A program made the translations under genes and the position numbers. 38,590 nt of DNA from Planctomycetia bacterium (GTDB lineage: Bacteria; Planctomycetota; PLA2; JAEUHO01), in assembly GCA_046094945.1 (NCBI GenBank), contig JBJTIJ010000410.1, forward strand, positions 1 to 38,590. Reading direction: 5' to 3'. The first letter of the stretch is position 1. Every line of letters starts with the position of its first letter. Under the pieces are notes generated by a model. It saw only the letters and a program-made list of their open reading frames with translations, was not told the DNA's origin and ran no database searches. Below are positions 24,648 through 33,095 of this stretch, in pieces.

Positions 24648-26846
24648 TCAGGCCTGCGCCACGCCGGCTTCGCCCGCGCCGGGACGCGCCAGGGCCGCGC
24701 GCAGGGCCTCAAGGTCGCGGCAGGCGCCGTCGCCGTCCGGCACCTCTCCGGCATAGCAGGCCCGCTCCTGCGCGTGGGCCAGCCCGGCCAGGCCTGCGGC
24801 GGCCTCGGGGACCAAGGACCTGCCTGCGCGCGCCGCGTGCTCGCGCAGGGTCTCGCACTGCCGTCGGCCCAGCCCCTGCGCCGCCAGCAAGGCCAGCGCC
24901 TCGTGGTACGCGGCCAGCCCGGGCGCCGGCGGGCTCGTGCGAGGCGCCTCTCCCTGGCCCCTGCGGCTGCGCACGTGCCGCAGGCCGAGCAGCACCCCTG
25001 CGGCGATGCCGCCCAGCGCGCCCAGCCAGGCCAGCAGCGCCCAGCCGCCCCCACCCAGCGCCGTGCGCGCCTGCTGCACCCAGCTGCGCACGCGCGCGCG
25101 CACCCAGGCCGCCAGGCTGGGACCGAAGCCCTCGCCGTCGTGCAGCAGGCCTGCGCCCGTGGCGGCCTCCGCCGTGCGCGGGTCGGCCGCCTGCGCCAGG
25201 CGCTCGGGCGGCGTGGGATTGAGCGGCACCCAGCCCACGCCCGCGAACCAGGCCTCGCTCCACGCGTGGTAGTTGGCGCCGTAGAAGGTCCACAGGCTCG
25301 AGCCCGCCGTGTGGCTGCCTCCCCAGTAGCCGGTCACGTAGCGCGCCGGGATGCCGTGGGCGCGCAGGGCCAGCGTGAGGGCCGTGGCGTACCACTCGCA
25401 GTTGCCGCGCCGCACGCGCGTGACGAAGTCCTCCACGCGCCGGCCGGGCGCGAGGCTGGGCAGCATCGCCTCGTAGTCGAAGCCGGGGCCCTGCAGCCAC
25501 GCCTCGAGCGCGCGCGCCACGGCGGCCGGTCCCGCGAGGCCGGCCACCCGCTGCGCCGTGAGCTCGCGCAGCACGTCCGCCAGCCGCGCCTCGATGGCGA
25601 GGCAGGCCGCCGGGGCGCCCTCCACGCCGGCCGAGGCCGGCACCTCGGCGGGCTGCACCTGCGGCTGGCCGCGCATGCGCACCACCTCGCCGGGCAGCAC
25701 GGCCTGGCGCACGCGGCCGCTGGCCAGCAGCTCCAGCGGCTCCAGCGAGGGCTCCAGCCCCTGTTCCTCGCCCACGCCGCGCAGGTGCTCGGTGCGGAAG
25801 GCCAGTGCCTCCGGCTCGAGGAACAGCAGCCGCGCCGGCACGCGCGCGCGCGCCTCCAGCATGCGCGTGGGACGGCCGCGCACGGGCGAGCCCAGCGTGA
25901 CCCAGCCGGTGATGCGGTCGGGCACCAGCCAGTTGCGCGCCGGCTCGCCGCCGGCGCGCCAGCGCGGCGTGCCGGCGCCGGCGGGGTCGATCCACGTGTC
26001 GCGCACCGCCTCGCGCAGCACGAGCGTGGGCTGCTCGAGCCCGGCCACCTGCCGCACCTCCCAGTGCACGCGCTTGTCGGCCTGCAGCCGGTCCACGGCG
26101 CCCAGCAGGGCATCCTGCGTGTCGGCCGCCGGCCCGATGGAGGCCTCGCCCGAGGCAGCGCCGGCGCCTGTCCCCGCCTGCAGGCCTGGCACGCCCTCGC
26201 CCTGCGGCCCTCGCGCAGCCTCGCGCTCGGGGGAGGGCGGCAGGGCCAGCCAGGCCAGCACGCCCAGCAGCAGGGCCAGCAGGCTGGCGGCAGGCCACGC
26301 CGGGGACGCCGGCCGCGCCCGTGGCGCGGGCGCGCGCACCGCGCGCAGGCCAACGGCCTCTGCCGCCTGCGTGCGCTGCAGGGCCAGGGCCAGCAGCGGC
26401 AGCGTGCACAGCGGCAGCAGCACGTGCAGCGGCGCCGGTCCCACGGCGCTGGCGTGCGCCACCAGCCCCAACGCCAGCACGAGCGTGCCGCCCGTGGCCA
26501 GCGCGCCCTGCGGCAGCGCCAGCAGCAGGGAGAGTCCCAGCGTGCCCAGCGACGAGAGCAGCACGGCCCCGTCGGGCGTGGAGAGGCCCGGCAGCCGCGC
26601 GTCGGCCAGCGGCGTGAGCAACACGGCCCCCAGCACGAGCGGCAGGACGAGCAGCAGGGCACGGGCGCGAGCCCAGAGCACCACGACGTGGCGGTCCAGC
26701 GGCCGCAGGGTGCGCCAGGCCGCGACGAGCGCCAGCAGCACGGCCGGCAGGGGCGGCGCCGCGCACAGCCAGGCCGACCCGACGCCGGCCAGCGCAGCCA
26801 GCAGCACGCGCGCACGCAGGCCCGCGGCGGTGACGGCCTCGCTCAC
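24648..26846 (-). CDS. Membrane transglutaminase-like protein (TgpA-type: N-terminal TM bundle, transglutaminase core, C-terminal TM plus DUF4129-like tail)
   Basis: In-frame GTG at 26846 inside ORF 24648..28598, in a GTGA overlap with the DUF58 gene. About 6 N-terminal helices. Cys-His-Asp core: RRGNCEWYATALTLALRAHGIPARYVTGY ... YHAWSEAW ... GWVPLNPT. Confidence 0.85.
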   Translation of the reverse strand: MSEAVTAAGLRARVLLAALAGVGSAWLCAAPPLPAVLLALVAAWRTLRPLDRHVVVLWARARALLLVLPLVLGAVLLTPLADARLPGLSTPDGAVLLSSLGTLGLSLLLALPQGALATGGTLVLALGLVAHASAVGPAPLHVLLPLCTLPLLALALQRTQAAEAVGLRAVRAPAPRARPASPAWPAASLLALLLGVLAWLALPPSPEREAARGPQGEGVPGLQAGTGAGAASGEASIGPAADTQDALLGAVDRLQADKRVHWEVRQVAGLEQPTLVLREAVRDTWIDPAGAGTPRWRAGGEPARNWLVPDRITGWVTLGSPVRGRPTRMLEARARVPARLLFLEPEALAFRTEHLRGVGEEQGLEPSLEPLELLASGRVRQAVLPGEVVRMRGQPQVQPAEVPASAGVEGAPAACLAIEARLADVLRELTAQRVAGLAGPAAVARALEAWLQGPGFDYEAMLPSLAPGRRVEDFVTRVRRGNCEWYATALTLALRAHGIPARYVTGYWGGSHTAGSSLWTFYGANYHAWSEAWFAGVGWVPLNPTPPERLAQAADPRTAEAATGAGLLHDGEGFGPSLAAWVRARVRSWVQQARTALGGGGWALLAWLGALGGIAAGVLLGLRHVRSRRGQGEAPRTSPPAPGLAAYHEALALLAAQGLGRRQCETLREHAARAGRSLVPEAAAGLAGLAHAQERACYAGEVPDGDGACRDLEALRAALARPGAGEAGVAQA

Positions 26847-28006
26847 AGCCCCTCCACCCAGCGCGCGAGGCCCGGCCCGCGCACGTCCAGCCACCACGCA
26901 GGCAGGCCCCGCGCGCCCGCGCCGCGCGCGGCGGCCAGCTGCGCCCCGGCCGCCGCGCCCCCCACCACCACGACCAGCCCGGCGCCGGCCCGGCGCGCCG
27001 CGCTGCGCTCGAGCACGGCCGGCAGCGCGGCCGTCTCGCGCACGCGCACCCGGGCCAGCAGGTCCAGGCCCGCCGCGTAGCCCGAGGGCAGGCTGGCACG
27101 GCGCGCGCCCGCGTGCAGCGTGCACGGCAGTCCCTCGCGCTGGCACAGGCTCCAGAGCGAGGCCGCCACGCTCACCGCCCGCTCGAAGCAGGCAGCCTCG
27201 GCTGCACCGGGGTGCGCGCCCAGCACCAGCTCGACCTGTTCGGCCTGCCGCTCGCGCCAGTCGGCCACCGCAGGCTCGCCACGGCGCAGGCTGCTGGCCG
27301 CGTGCAGCCGGCGCGGGTCGTCGCCCTCGCGCCAGGCCCGCACGCCGTGCAGGTCGTCGGGCGCCGTGCTGGCCAGCGCCATGCGCGCGCCCGCCGCGCG
27401 TCCCGCGCGCAGCCGGGCGCGCAGGGCAGGCGTGGGCCGGCCCTCGCGCGGCCAGGCCAGCACGCGGGCCGGGGCCTCGGCCACCACCTCCGCGTGCACC
27501 AGGCCCCACGGGAAGGCGCTGTGCACCCGCACGCGCGAGAGCTGTGCGTCGCCCCGCGTGCGCAGCGAGAGCGGCAGGCTGGCCTGCGCCGTGGCGCCGG
27601 CCTCCAGCCGGGCCAGGCACGCGCGGCCGGCCGCCGGCAAGGCCCCGCGCGGCCGCGCCTGCTCCAGCTGCAGGTCCTCGCGCGCGCGCCCGCTGCCGGC
27701 CGTCACCTGCAGCGTGGCCACGCAGGGCACCCCGGCACGTGCCCTGGGCTCCAGCGCCTGGGCGACGCTCACGCCCGCGAGGTTGCGGCGCGCCAGGCGC
27801 ACGGCCAGCACGAGCAGCGCCAGGCACAGGCAGGCCAGCAGCGCGGTGCCCTCGGCGCCCTGCGACCACGCCACCAGCCCCACCGCGCTGCAGGCGGAGA
27901 GCAGCACGCGCCCCGCCAGCGTCAGCTGCAGGTGCACGGGCCCGGCCGTGGCGAGCGCCGCGCGGGCGGCAACGGGCTGCGGGCCTGCCGGGGGCGATGC
28001 TGCCAT
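26843..28006 (-). CDS. DUF58 domain protein
   Basis: 387 aa. Two N-terminal helices, then DDLHGVRAWREGDDPRRLHAASSLRRGE, which matches the DUF58 signature (D..R.Y..GD..R.I.W..SAR-like). TAGCAT lies 6 nt before the ATG. Confidence 0.8.
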   Translation of the reverse strand: MAASPPAGPQPVAARAALATAGPVHLQLTLAGRVLLSACSAVGLVAWSQGAEGTALLACLCLALLVLAVRLARRNLAGVSVAQALEPRARAGVPCVATLQVTAGSGRAREDLQLEQARPRGALPAAGRACLARLEAGATAQASLPLSLRTRGDAQLSRVRVHSAFPWGLVHAEVVAEAPARVLAWPREGRPTPALRARLRAGRAAGARMALASTAPDDLHGVRAWREGDDPRRLHAASSLRRGEPAVADWRERQAEQVELVLGAHPGAAEAACFERAVSVAASLWSLCQREGLPCTLHAGARRASLPSGYAAGLDLLARVRVRETAALPAVLERSAARRAGAGLVVVVGGAAAGAQLAAARGAGARGLPAWWLDVRGPGLARWVEGL

Positions 28007-28012
28007 GGCGCG

Positions 28013-28018
28013 ATGCTA
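28013..28018 (-). promoter_or_regulatory. -10-like hexamer TAGCAT, 6 nt before DUF58 ATG 28006 (leaderless arrangement)
   Basis: The minus strand reads gcgTAGCATcgcgccATGgca. It sits in a 27-nt intergenic gap. Confidence 0.45.
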
Positions 28019-28033
28019 CGCCGGGTGCACGGC

Positions 28034-28639
28034 TCAGGGCCGGCTCTTGAGCGACTCCAGCGCATTCCAGGCGGCACCACTGCCCGACTTGGTGTTGAGG
28101 GCCGGCAGGCGCACGCGCGGGAAGGGCGACTCGTCGAGGGCCTCGACGTCCGAGACGCCCTCCTGCAGGAACACGCGTCCCTCCTCGTCCACGTACCAGG
28201 CGCGGTAGCCGTCCTGGCCGGGCACGCGCGGCCGGGCCACGATCGCCACGTGCCGCGCACCCAGCAGCGGGTCGCCCAGCGCCGGCGGCGGTGCCAGCAG
28301 CACCTCGCCGGCGGCGTTGGTGCCGGTGGGGAGCAACACGTGCAGCGTGTAGCCCGGCACCTCCAGCACGGGCCCGCCCGCGTGCCGCGCAGGTGGCGCC
28401 GGCAGCCGCCCGGCCTGCGCCAGCTCCTCGAGCCCCGCGAAGCGGCCCGCCTGCCGGCGGTGCTCCAGCTCCACGCGCAGCAGGTCGCGCGCGGCCGCCA
28501 GCGCCGCCTCCTCCTGCACGTGCATGTGGCGCACCTCGCCGCGCAGGCGCCCCAGCACCAGGGCCACGCCCACGCCCAGCGCCAGCACGAGGCCCCACCA
28601 GGCCCAGGTGCCCTCGACACGACGCTGGGGAGGCAGCAT
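28034..28639 (-). CDS. Hypothetical protein with single N-terminal transmembrane anchor
   Basis: 201 aa. The helix WAWWGLVLALGVGVALVLG is followed by a coiled segment and a small globular domain. TAGGCT lies 6 nt before the ATG. Confidence 0.6.
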   Translation of the reverse strand: MLPPQRRVEGTWAWWGLVLALGVGVALVLGRLRGEVRHMHVQEEAALAAARDLLRVELEHRRQAGRFAGLEELAQAGRLPAPPARHAGGPVLEVPGYTLHVLLPTGTNAAGEVLLAPPPALGDPLLGARHVAIVARPRVPGQDGYRAWYVDEEGRVFLQEGVSDVEALDESPFPRVRLPALNTKSGSGAAWNALESLKSRP

Positions 28640-28645
28640 GCCGCG

Positions 28646-28651
28646 AGCCTA
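28646..28651 (-). promoter_or_regulatory. -10-like hexamer TAGGCT, 6 nt before ATG 28639 (leaderless arrangement)
   Basis: The minus strand reads ggTAGGCTcgcggcATGctg. Confidence 0.5.
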
Positions 28652-28673
28652 CCGGGCCACGGGCCCCGGCCCC

Positions 28674-29699
28674 CTAGCGCACGAAGCGCACGCCCTCGCC
28701 GGCCACCAGCCGGCCGATCACCCAGGCCTCCTCGCCGGCCTCGCGCAGCGTGGCCAGCGCGCGCTGCTCGCTGCCCTGCGGCACGGCCACGATCATGCCG
28801 CAGCCCATGTTGAGCACGTGGAAGGCCTCGTCGCGGCCGATGCCCGTGCGCTCGCACACGAAGCGGAACACGGGGTTGGGCGTCCACGCCTCGCGGTCCA
28901 CCTCGGCCCCCACCCCGGGCGGCAGCACGCGCGGCAGGTTGTCCTGGATGCCGCCGCCCGTGATGTGCGCCAGCGCGTGGACCTCCACCGCCTGCTCCTG
29001 CCTGCGCACGGGCTTGAGGTAGGAGCGATGCGGGCGCAGCAGGGCGTGGGCCAGGCTCTCGCCCAGCCCGCCCGGGTCGGCGTGCACGTCCAGCCCGTCG
29101 CGCTCGATGAGCCGGTTGACCAGCGAGAAGCCGTTGGTGTGCAAGCCGTTGCTGCGCACGCCCACCAGCACGTCGCCCACGCCCACGTGGCGCGGCCAGA
29201 TGCGCGCCTTCTCCACCACGCCCACCAGGAAGCCCACCACGTCGAACTCGCCCGGCGCGTACACGCCCGGCATCTCGGCCGTCTCGCCGCCGATGAGCGC
29301 GGCGCCCGCCTCGCGCAGGGCGTCGCACATGCCCCCCACCACCTCGTGGAAGACGGTGTCGTCGAGCTTGTTGGCCGCGAAGTAGTCGAGGAAGAAGAGC
29401 GGCTGCGCACCCTGCACCAGCGCATCGTTCACGCAGTGGTTGACGATGTCGTGGCCCAGCCCGCGCACCTTGCCGGCGCGCACCGCCGTGCGCACCTTGG
29501 TGCCCACGCCGTCGTTGGTGGCCACCAGCACCGGCTCCTTGAGGTGCGGGAAGAGGCCCGTCACCATCCCGCCGTAGGCGCCCAGCTCGTGCAGCACGCC
29601 CGGCGTGAAGGTGCCCTTCACCAGCCCCCCGATGCGGTCGATCATGTCGGACTTGCGGTTGATGTCCACGCCTGCGTCGCGGTAGGTCAGGGCTGCCAT
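28674..29699 (-). CDS. purM: Phosphoribosylformylglycinamidine cyclo-ligase (AIR synthetase)
   Basis: MAALTYRDAGVDI..., DGVGTK, GGETAEMPG and HITGGG motifs. ATG at 29699 has GGAGG 6 nt upstream. The ORF track extends to 29723. Confidence 0.93.
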   Translation of the reverse strand: MAALTYRDAGVDINRKSDMIDRIGGLVKGTFTPGVLHELGAYGGMVTGLFPHLKEPVLVATNDGVGTKVRTAVRAGKVRGLGHDIVNHCVNDALVQGAQPLFFLDYFAANKLDDTVFHEVVGGMCDALREAGAALIGGETAEMPGVYAPGEFDVVGFLVGVVEKARIWPRHVGVGDVLVGVRSNGLHTNGFSLVNRLIERDGLDVHADPGGLGESLAHALLRPHRSYLKPVRRQEQAVEVHALAHITGGGIQDNLPRVLPPGVGAEVDREAWTPNPVFRFVCERTGIGRDEAFHVLNMGCGMIVAVPQGSEQRALATLREAGEEAWVIGRLVAGEGVRFVR

Positions 29700-29721
29700 G
29701 GCGGGCCTCCGGGGAGGCGCC

Positions 29722-29727
29722 ATCGTA
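29722..29727 (-). promoter_or_regulatory. -10-like hexamer TACGAT upstream of purM (short leadered mRNA with GGAGG SD)
   Basis: The minus strand reads caTACGATggcgcctccccGGAGGcccgccATG. There are 22 nt between the hexamer and the ATG. Confidence 0.35.
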
Positions 29728-29929
29728 TGCCCCGCGCCGACCCCGCCGCGCGGTGGGGCCTTGTCATGCGACGCACGGCCGGCGGTCGGCGCGGCCGGGC
29801 GCGTCGGGTAGGGTGCCCCCGCATGCTCCTGGCCCTCCCCGTACCCCTGCGTCCGCCTTCCCGCCGCCAGGGACGCGTCGGCGGGCCCGTGGCCGGCCGT
29901 GATGGCGCCTGCCCGGCCGGGGGCCGCAC

Positions 29930-31105
29930 GTGAGCGGGGCTTCCGCGCGGCGCGGCGTGGTCTTGCTGGGCGCCACCGGGTCGGTGGGCGCCAGCTCGGC
30001 TGACGTGCTCGAGGCCCATCCCGAGCGCTTCGTGACGCGCGCCGTGGCTGCGCTGCGCCGTGGGCCCGAGCTGCTGGCCGTGGCCCGGCGCCTTGGCGCC
30101 CGCGTGGCCGTGCTGGTGGACGAGCAGGCGGCGGCCGGCGCGCGTGCGCTGCTGCGCCCCGGCGACCCCGAGCTGCTGGCGGGCGAGGCTGCGCTGCTCG
30201 ACCTCGTGCGCGCCCCCGGCACCGACATCGTGGTGCAGGCCATCACCGGCGCGGCCGGGCTGGCCGCCAGCGTCGAGGCTGCACGCCATGGCAAGCGGCT
30301 GGCGCTGGCCAACAAGGAGTCGCTGGTCGTGGCCGGGCCGCTGCTCATGCAGGTGGCGCGCGCCCACGGCGCCGAGATCGTGCCCGTGGACAGCGAGCAC
30401 TCCGCCCTGTTCCAGTGCCTGATGGCCGGGCGCCGCGACGAGGTGCGGCGCCTGATACTGACGGCCTCGGGCGGCCCCTTCCGCGGGCGGGCCGCCGCCG
30501 ACCTCGTGCGCGTGACGCCGGCCGAGGCGCTCAAGCACCCGACCTGGCAGATGGGCCCACGCATCACGGTGGACAGCGCCACGCTCATGAACAAGGCGCT
30601 GGAGGTGATCGAGGCGCGCTGGCTCTTCGACGTGCCGCCCGAGCGCATCGAGGTGGTCGTGCACCCGCAGTCCATCGTGCACAGCATGGTGGAGTTCGAG
30701 GACGGCAGCGTGGTGGCGCAGATGAGCAAGCCCGACATGCGCGGGCCCGTGCGCTACGCCCTGGGCTTCCCGGAGCGGCTGCCAGCGCCGGGCACGCGCT
30801 TCGACGTGCGCGACTACGCGCGCCTGACCTTCGAGGCCCCCGACCGCGAGGCCTTCCCGGCGCTGGGGCTGGGCTTCGAGGCGGCCCGCCGCGGCGGCAC
30901 CGCCGGCGCAGCCCTCAACGGCGCCGACGAGGTGGCGGTCGAGCGCTTCCTGGCCGGCGAGGTGGCCTTCCCGCAGATCGCCGCCGCGGCCGCCGCGGCC
31001 CTGCGCCAGCATCCCTTCGAGGCCCAGCCGGGCCTGGAGCAGCTGGCCGAGGCCGACCGCTGGGCCCGCGCCTGCGCCCGCGCCGCCCACGCCCCCACGG
31101 CTTGA
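29930..31105 (+). CDS. dxr: 1-deoxy-D-xylulose 5-phosphate reductoisomerase
   Basis: 391 aa. VVLLGATGSVG NADPH loop, LANKESLV, PVDSEHSA, HPQSIVHSMVEF. Conserved dxr-rseP order. Confidence 0.93.
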   Translation: MSGASARRGVVLLGATGSVGASSADVLEAHPERFVTRAVAALRRGPELLAVARRLGARVAVLVDEQAAAGARALLRPGDPELLAGEAALLDLVRAPGTDIVVQAITGAAGLAASVEAARHGKRLALANKESLVVAGPLLMQVARAHGAEIVPVDSEHSALFQCLMAGRRDEVRRLILTASGGPFRGRAAADLVRVTPAEALKHPTWQMGPRITVDSATLMNKALEVIEARWLFDVPPERIEVVVHPQSIVHSMVEFEDGSVVAQMSKPDMRGPVRYALGFPERLPAPGTRFDVRDYARLTFEAPDREAFPALGLGFEAARRGGTAGAALNGADEVAVERFLAGEVAFPQIAAAAAAALRQHPFEAQPGLEQLAEADRWARACARAAHAPTA

Positions 31106-31139
31106 CGCACACTGCCCCCACCCCGACGCTGGACCCTGC

Positions 31140-33083
31140 ATGCTCCCCACGCTGACCGCGCTGTCCTTCCTCTCGCCCGGCATCCTGTGGGCCATCCTCG
31201 GCATCAGCTTCCTGATCGCCATCCACGAGTACGGCCACTTCAAGGCCTGCCGGCTCACGGGCACGCGCGTGGAGACCTTCTCCATCGGCTTCGGCCCGCG
31301 CCTCTTCGGCTGGGAGGCGCTGCCGGGCAAGCCGCGGCGCTTCACGCTGGGCAAGCGCCGGCTGGACCCGGCCGAGCACGCCATGGACGTGCGCGTGGCC
31401 CTGGTGCCGCTGGGCGGCTACGTCAAGATGGCCGGCGAGAACCCGGGCGAGGAGCGCACGGGCGCCAGCGACGAGTACGCCAGCAAGCCCATCCGCCACC
31501 GGCTGTTCATCGTCAGCGCCGGCGTGATCATGAACGCGCTCACGGCCTTCGTGTTCTACGCCGTGTGCCACGGCGGCGGGCTGCGCAAGGATGCGCCCAT
31601 CGTGGGCAGCGTGCAGCCCGGCTCGGCCGCCTGGCACGCCGGCCTCGCGGCGGGCGACCGCGTGCTGGCGATCGACGGCCGCCACCTGGACTCGTTCCTC
31701 GACCTGCGGCTGGAGGCGGCCTTCCTGGCCACCCACGCGGACCGCGAGGTGCTCGTCGAGCGCGGCGGCCAGCGGCTGGTGCTGCCTGCCCGTGCGCACT
31801 ACGAGGAGAAGCTGGGCCTGGGCCAGCTGGGCGTGCGCGGCGCGCTGGCGCTGGCGGCCGGCCCTGCCGAGGCGGCCCTGCAGGTGGATGGCACCGAGGC
31901 CGTGCGCGTGGAGGGCCGCGAGGTGCGCGGCGGGATCGCTGCCGCGCAGGCCATCATGGGCGCCTTCCTGCGCGGCAAGGACGCCGTCGAGCTGCTGCGC
32001 GTGCGCGATGGCGCGCGCGCCACGCTGCGGCTGGGCGAGGCTCCCTCCGGGGCGGCCGAGGCGCTGCCGCTGCGCCTGGGCCTCGTGGGCGCCGGCCCGG
32101 CCGTGGTGGCGGCCGCGCGCGGCGCCGTCGCCGGCCTGGCGGCCGGCGACCGCATCGTGGCCGTGCGCGGCGCGGGCAAGGTGCTCGAGGTGGCCGACCG
32201 CCGCAGCCTCGACCGCCTCGAGGAGGCGCTGGGCGCGGTGGAGTCCTTCGAGGTCGAGCGCGCGGGCACGCGCCTCTCCGTGCCGGTGGCGGGCGTGGCC
32301 GATGGCGCCGCGGTGGCACGCCTCGCCGACGACCTCGTGCTGGCCTCGGGGGGCCCGCTCGTGGTGGCCCCCTCGCCGGCCGGCTCGCTCAGCGAGATGG
32401 TGGAGGGCAGCGGCATCGTGGTGCGCCAGGCCGCCTCGCCCTGCGAGGGCCTGGTGCCGGCCGGCAGCCGCCTGCTGGAGGTGGGCAGCAGCGTGGTGTC
32501 GGGCTTCGAGGACGTGCGCACGGCCCTCGCCGCTGCACGCCCCGGCGAGTCGCTGCCGCTGCGCATCGAGGTGCCCGGCGAGCCGGCCAGCCGCGTGGTG
32601 ATGGTCACGCCCGGGCGCCCGGCACTCGTGGGCGCAGCGCCGCTCGCCCTCGCCCCGGTCAAGGAGAGCATCGGCGGCACGGGCGTGGTGGATGCGGTGG
32701 CCTACGGCGGCCAGCGGCTGGCGCGCGAGGTGGTGAATGTCTTCCGCACCATCGGCGGCTTCTTCAGCGGTCAGATCGCCTTCTCGAAGAACGTGGCCGG
32801 TCCCATCACGCTGGTGACGGCCAGCAGCCGGGCCTCGCAGGAAGGCTTCCTGGACCTGCTCTGGTTCCTGGCCTACGTGAGCGTGATGCTGGCCGTGCTC
32901 AACATCCTGCCGGTGCCCGTGCTCGACGGCGGCCACGTGGTGCTGCTGCTGGCCGAGAAGATCCGCGGCCGCCCGCTCTCGGACACCACCATCGGGCGCC
33001 TGCAGCTGGGCGGCCTGATCCTGATGCTCACGCTGATGTTCTTCGCGCTGAAGAACGACGTGCTGATCAACTTCCTGCGCTAG
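31140..33083 (+). CDS. rseP: RIP site-2 metalloprotease (M50, RseP family) with an expanded PDZ region
   Basis: 647 aa. HEYGHF zinc motif in the first helix. The C-terminal part has NILPVPVLDGGHV (the NxxPxxxLDG motif). A long central region (~430 aa) carries several PDZ-like segments (GSAAWHAGLAAGDRVLAIDG, GAVAGLAAGDRIVAV). Confidence 0.9.
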   Translation: MLPTLTALSFLSPGILWAILGISFLIAIHEYGHFKACRLTGTRVETFSIGFGPRLFGWEALPGKPRRFTLGKRRLDPAEHAMDVRVALVPLGGYVKMAGENPGEERTGASDEYASKPIRHRLFIVSAGVIMNALTAFVFYAVCHGGGLRKDAPIVGSVQPGSAAWHAGLAAGDRVLAIDGRHLDSFLDLRLEAAFLATHADREVLVERGGQRLVLPARAHYEEKLGLGQLGVRGALALAAGPAEAALQVDGTEAVRVEGREVRGGIAAAQAIMGAFLRGKDAVELLRVRDGARATLRLGEAPSGAAEALPLRLGLVGAGPAVVAAARGAVAGLAAGDRIVAVRGAGKVLEVADRRSLDRLEEALGAVESFEVERAGTRLSVPVAGVADGAAVARLADDLVLASGGPLVVAPSPAGSLSEMVEGSGIVVRQAASPCEGLVPAGSRLLEVGSSVVSGFEDVRTALAAARPGESLPLRIEVPGEPASRVVMVTPGRPALVGAAPLALAPVKESIGGTGVVDAVAYGGQRLAREVVNVFRTIGGFFSGQIAFSKNVAGPITLVTASSRASQEGFLDLLWFLAYVSVMLAVLNILPVPVLDGGHVVLLLAEKIRGRPLSDTTIGRLQLGGLILMLTLMFFALKNDVLINFLR

Positions 33084-33095
33084 CGCGGCGGCGGC

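Noticed and set aside
19287-27080. A 2597-aa uninterrupted plus-strand ORF spanning 7.8 kb
   Set aside because: It runs antisense to six well-supported minus-strand genes (cytochrome, ABC ATPase, HEAT, cca, transglutaminase, DUF58). Its translation is Arg/Ala/Pro/Gly low-complexity with no recognisable domain. It stays open because GC-rich third positions and the codon usage of the real genes almost eliminate T-initial stop codons on the opposite strand. For example, the ABC ATPase has no tyrosine codons, which removes antisense TAGs in that frame.
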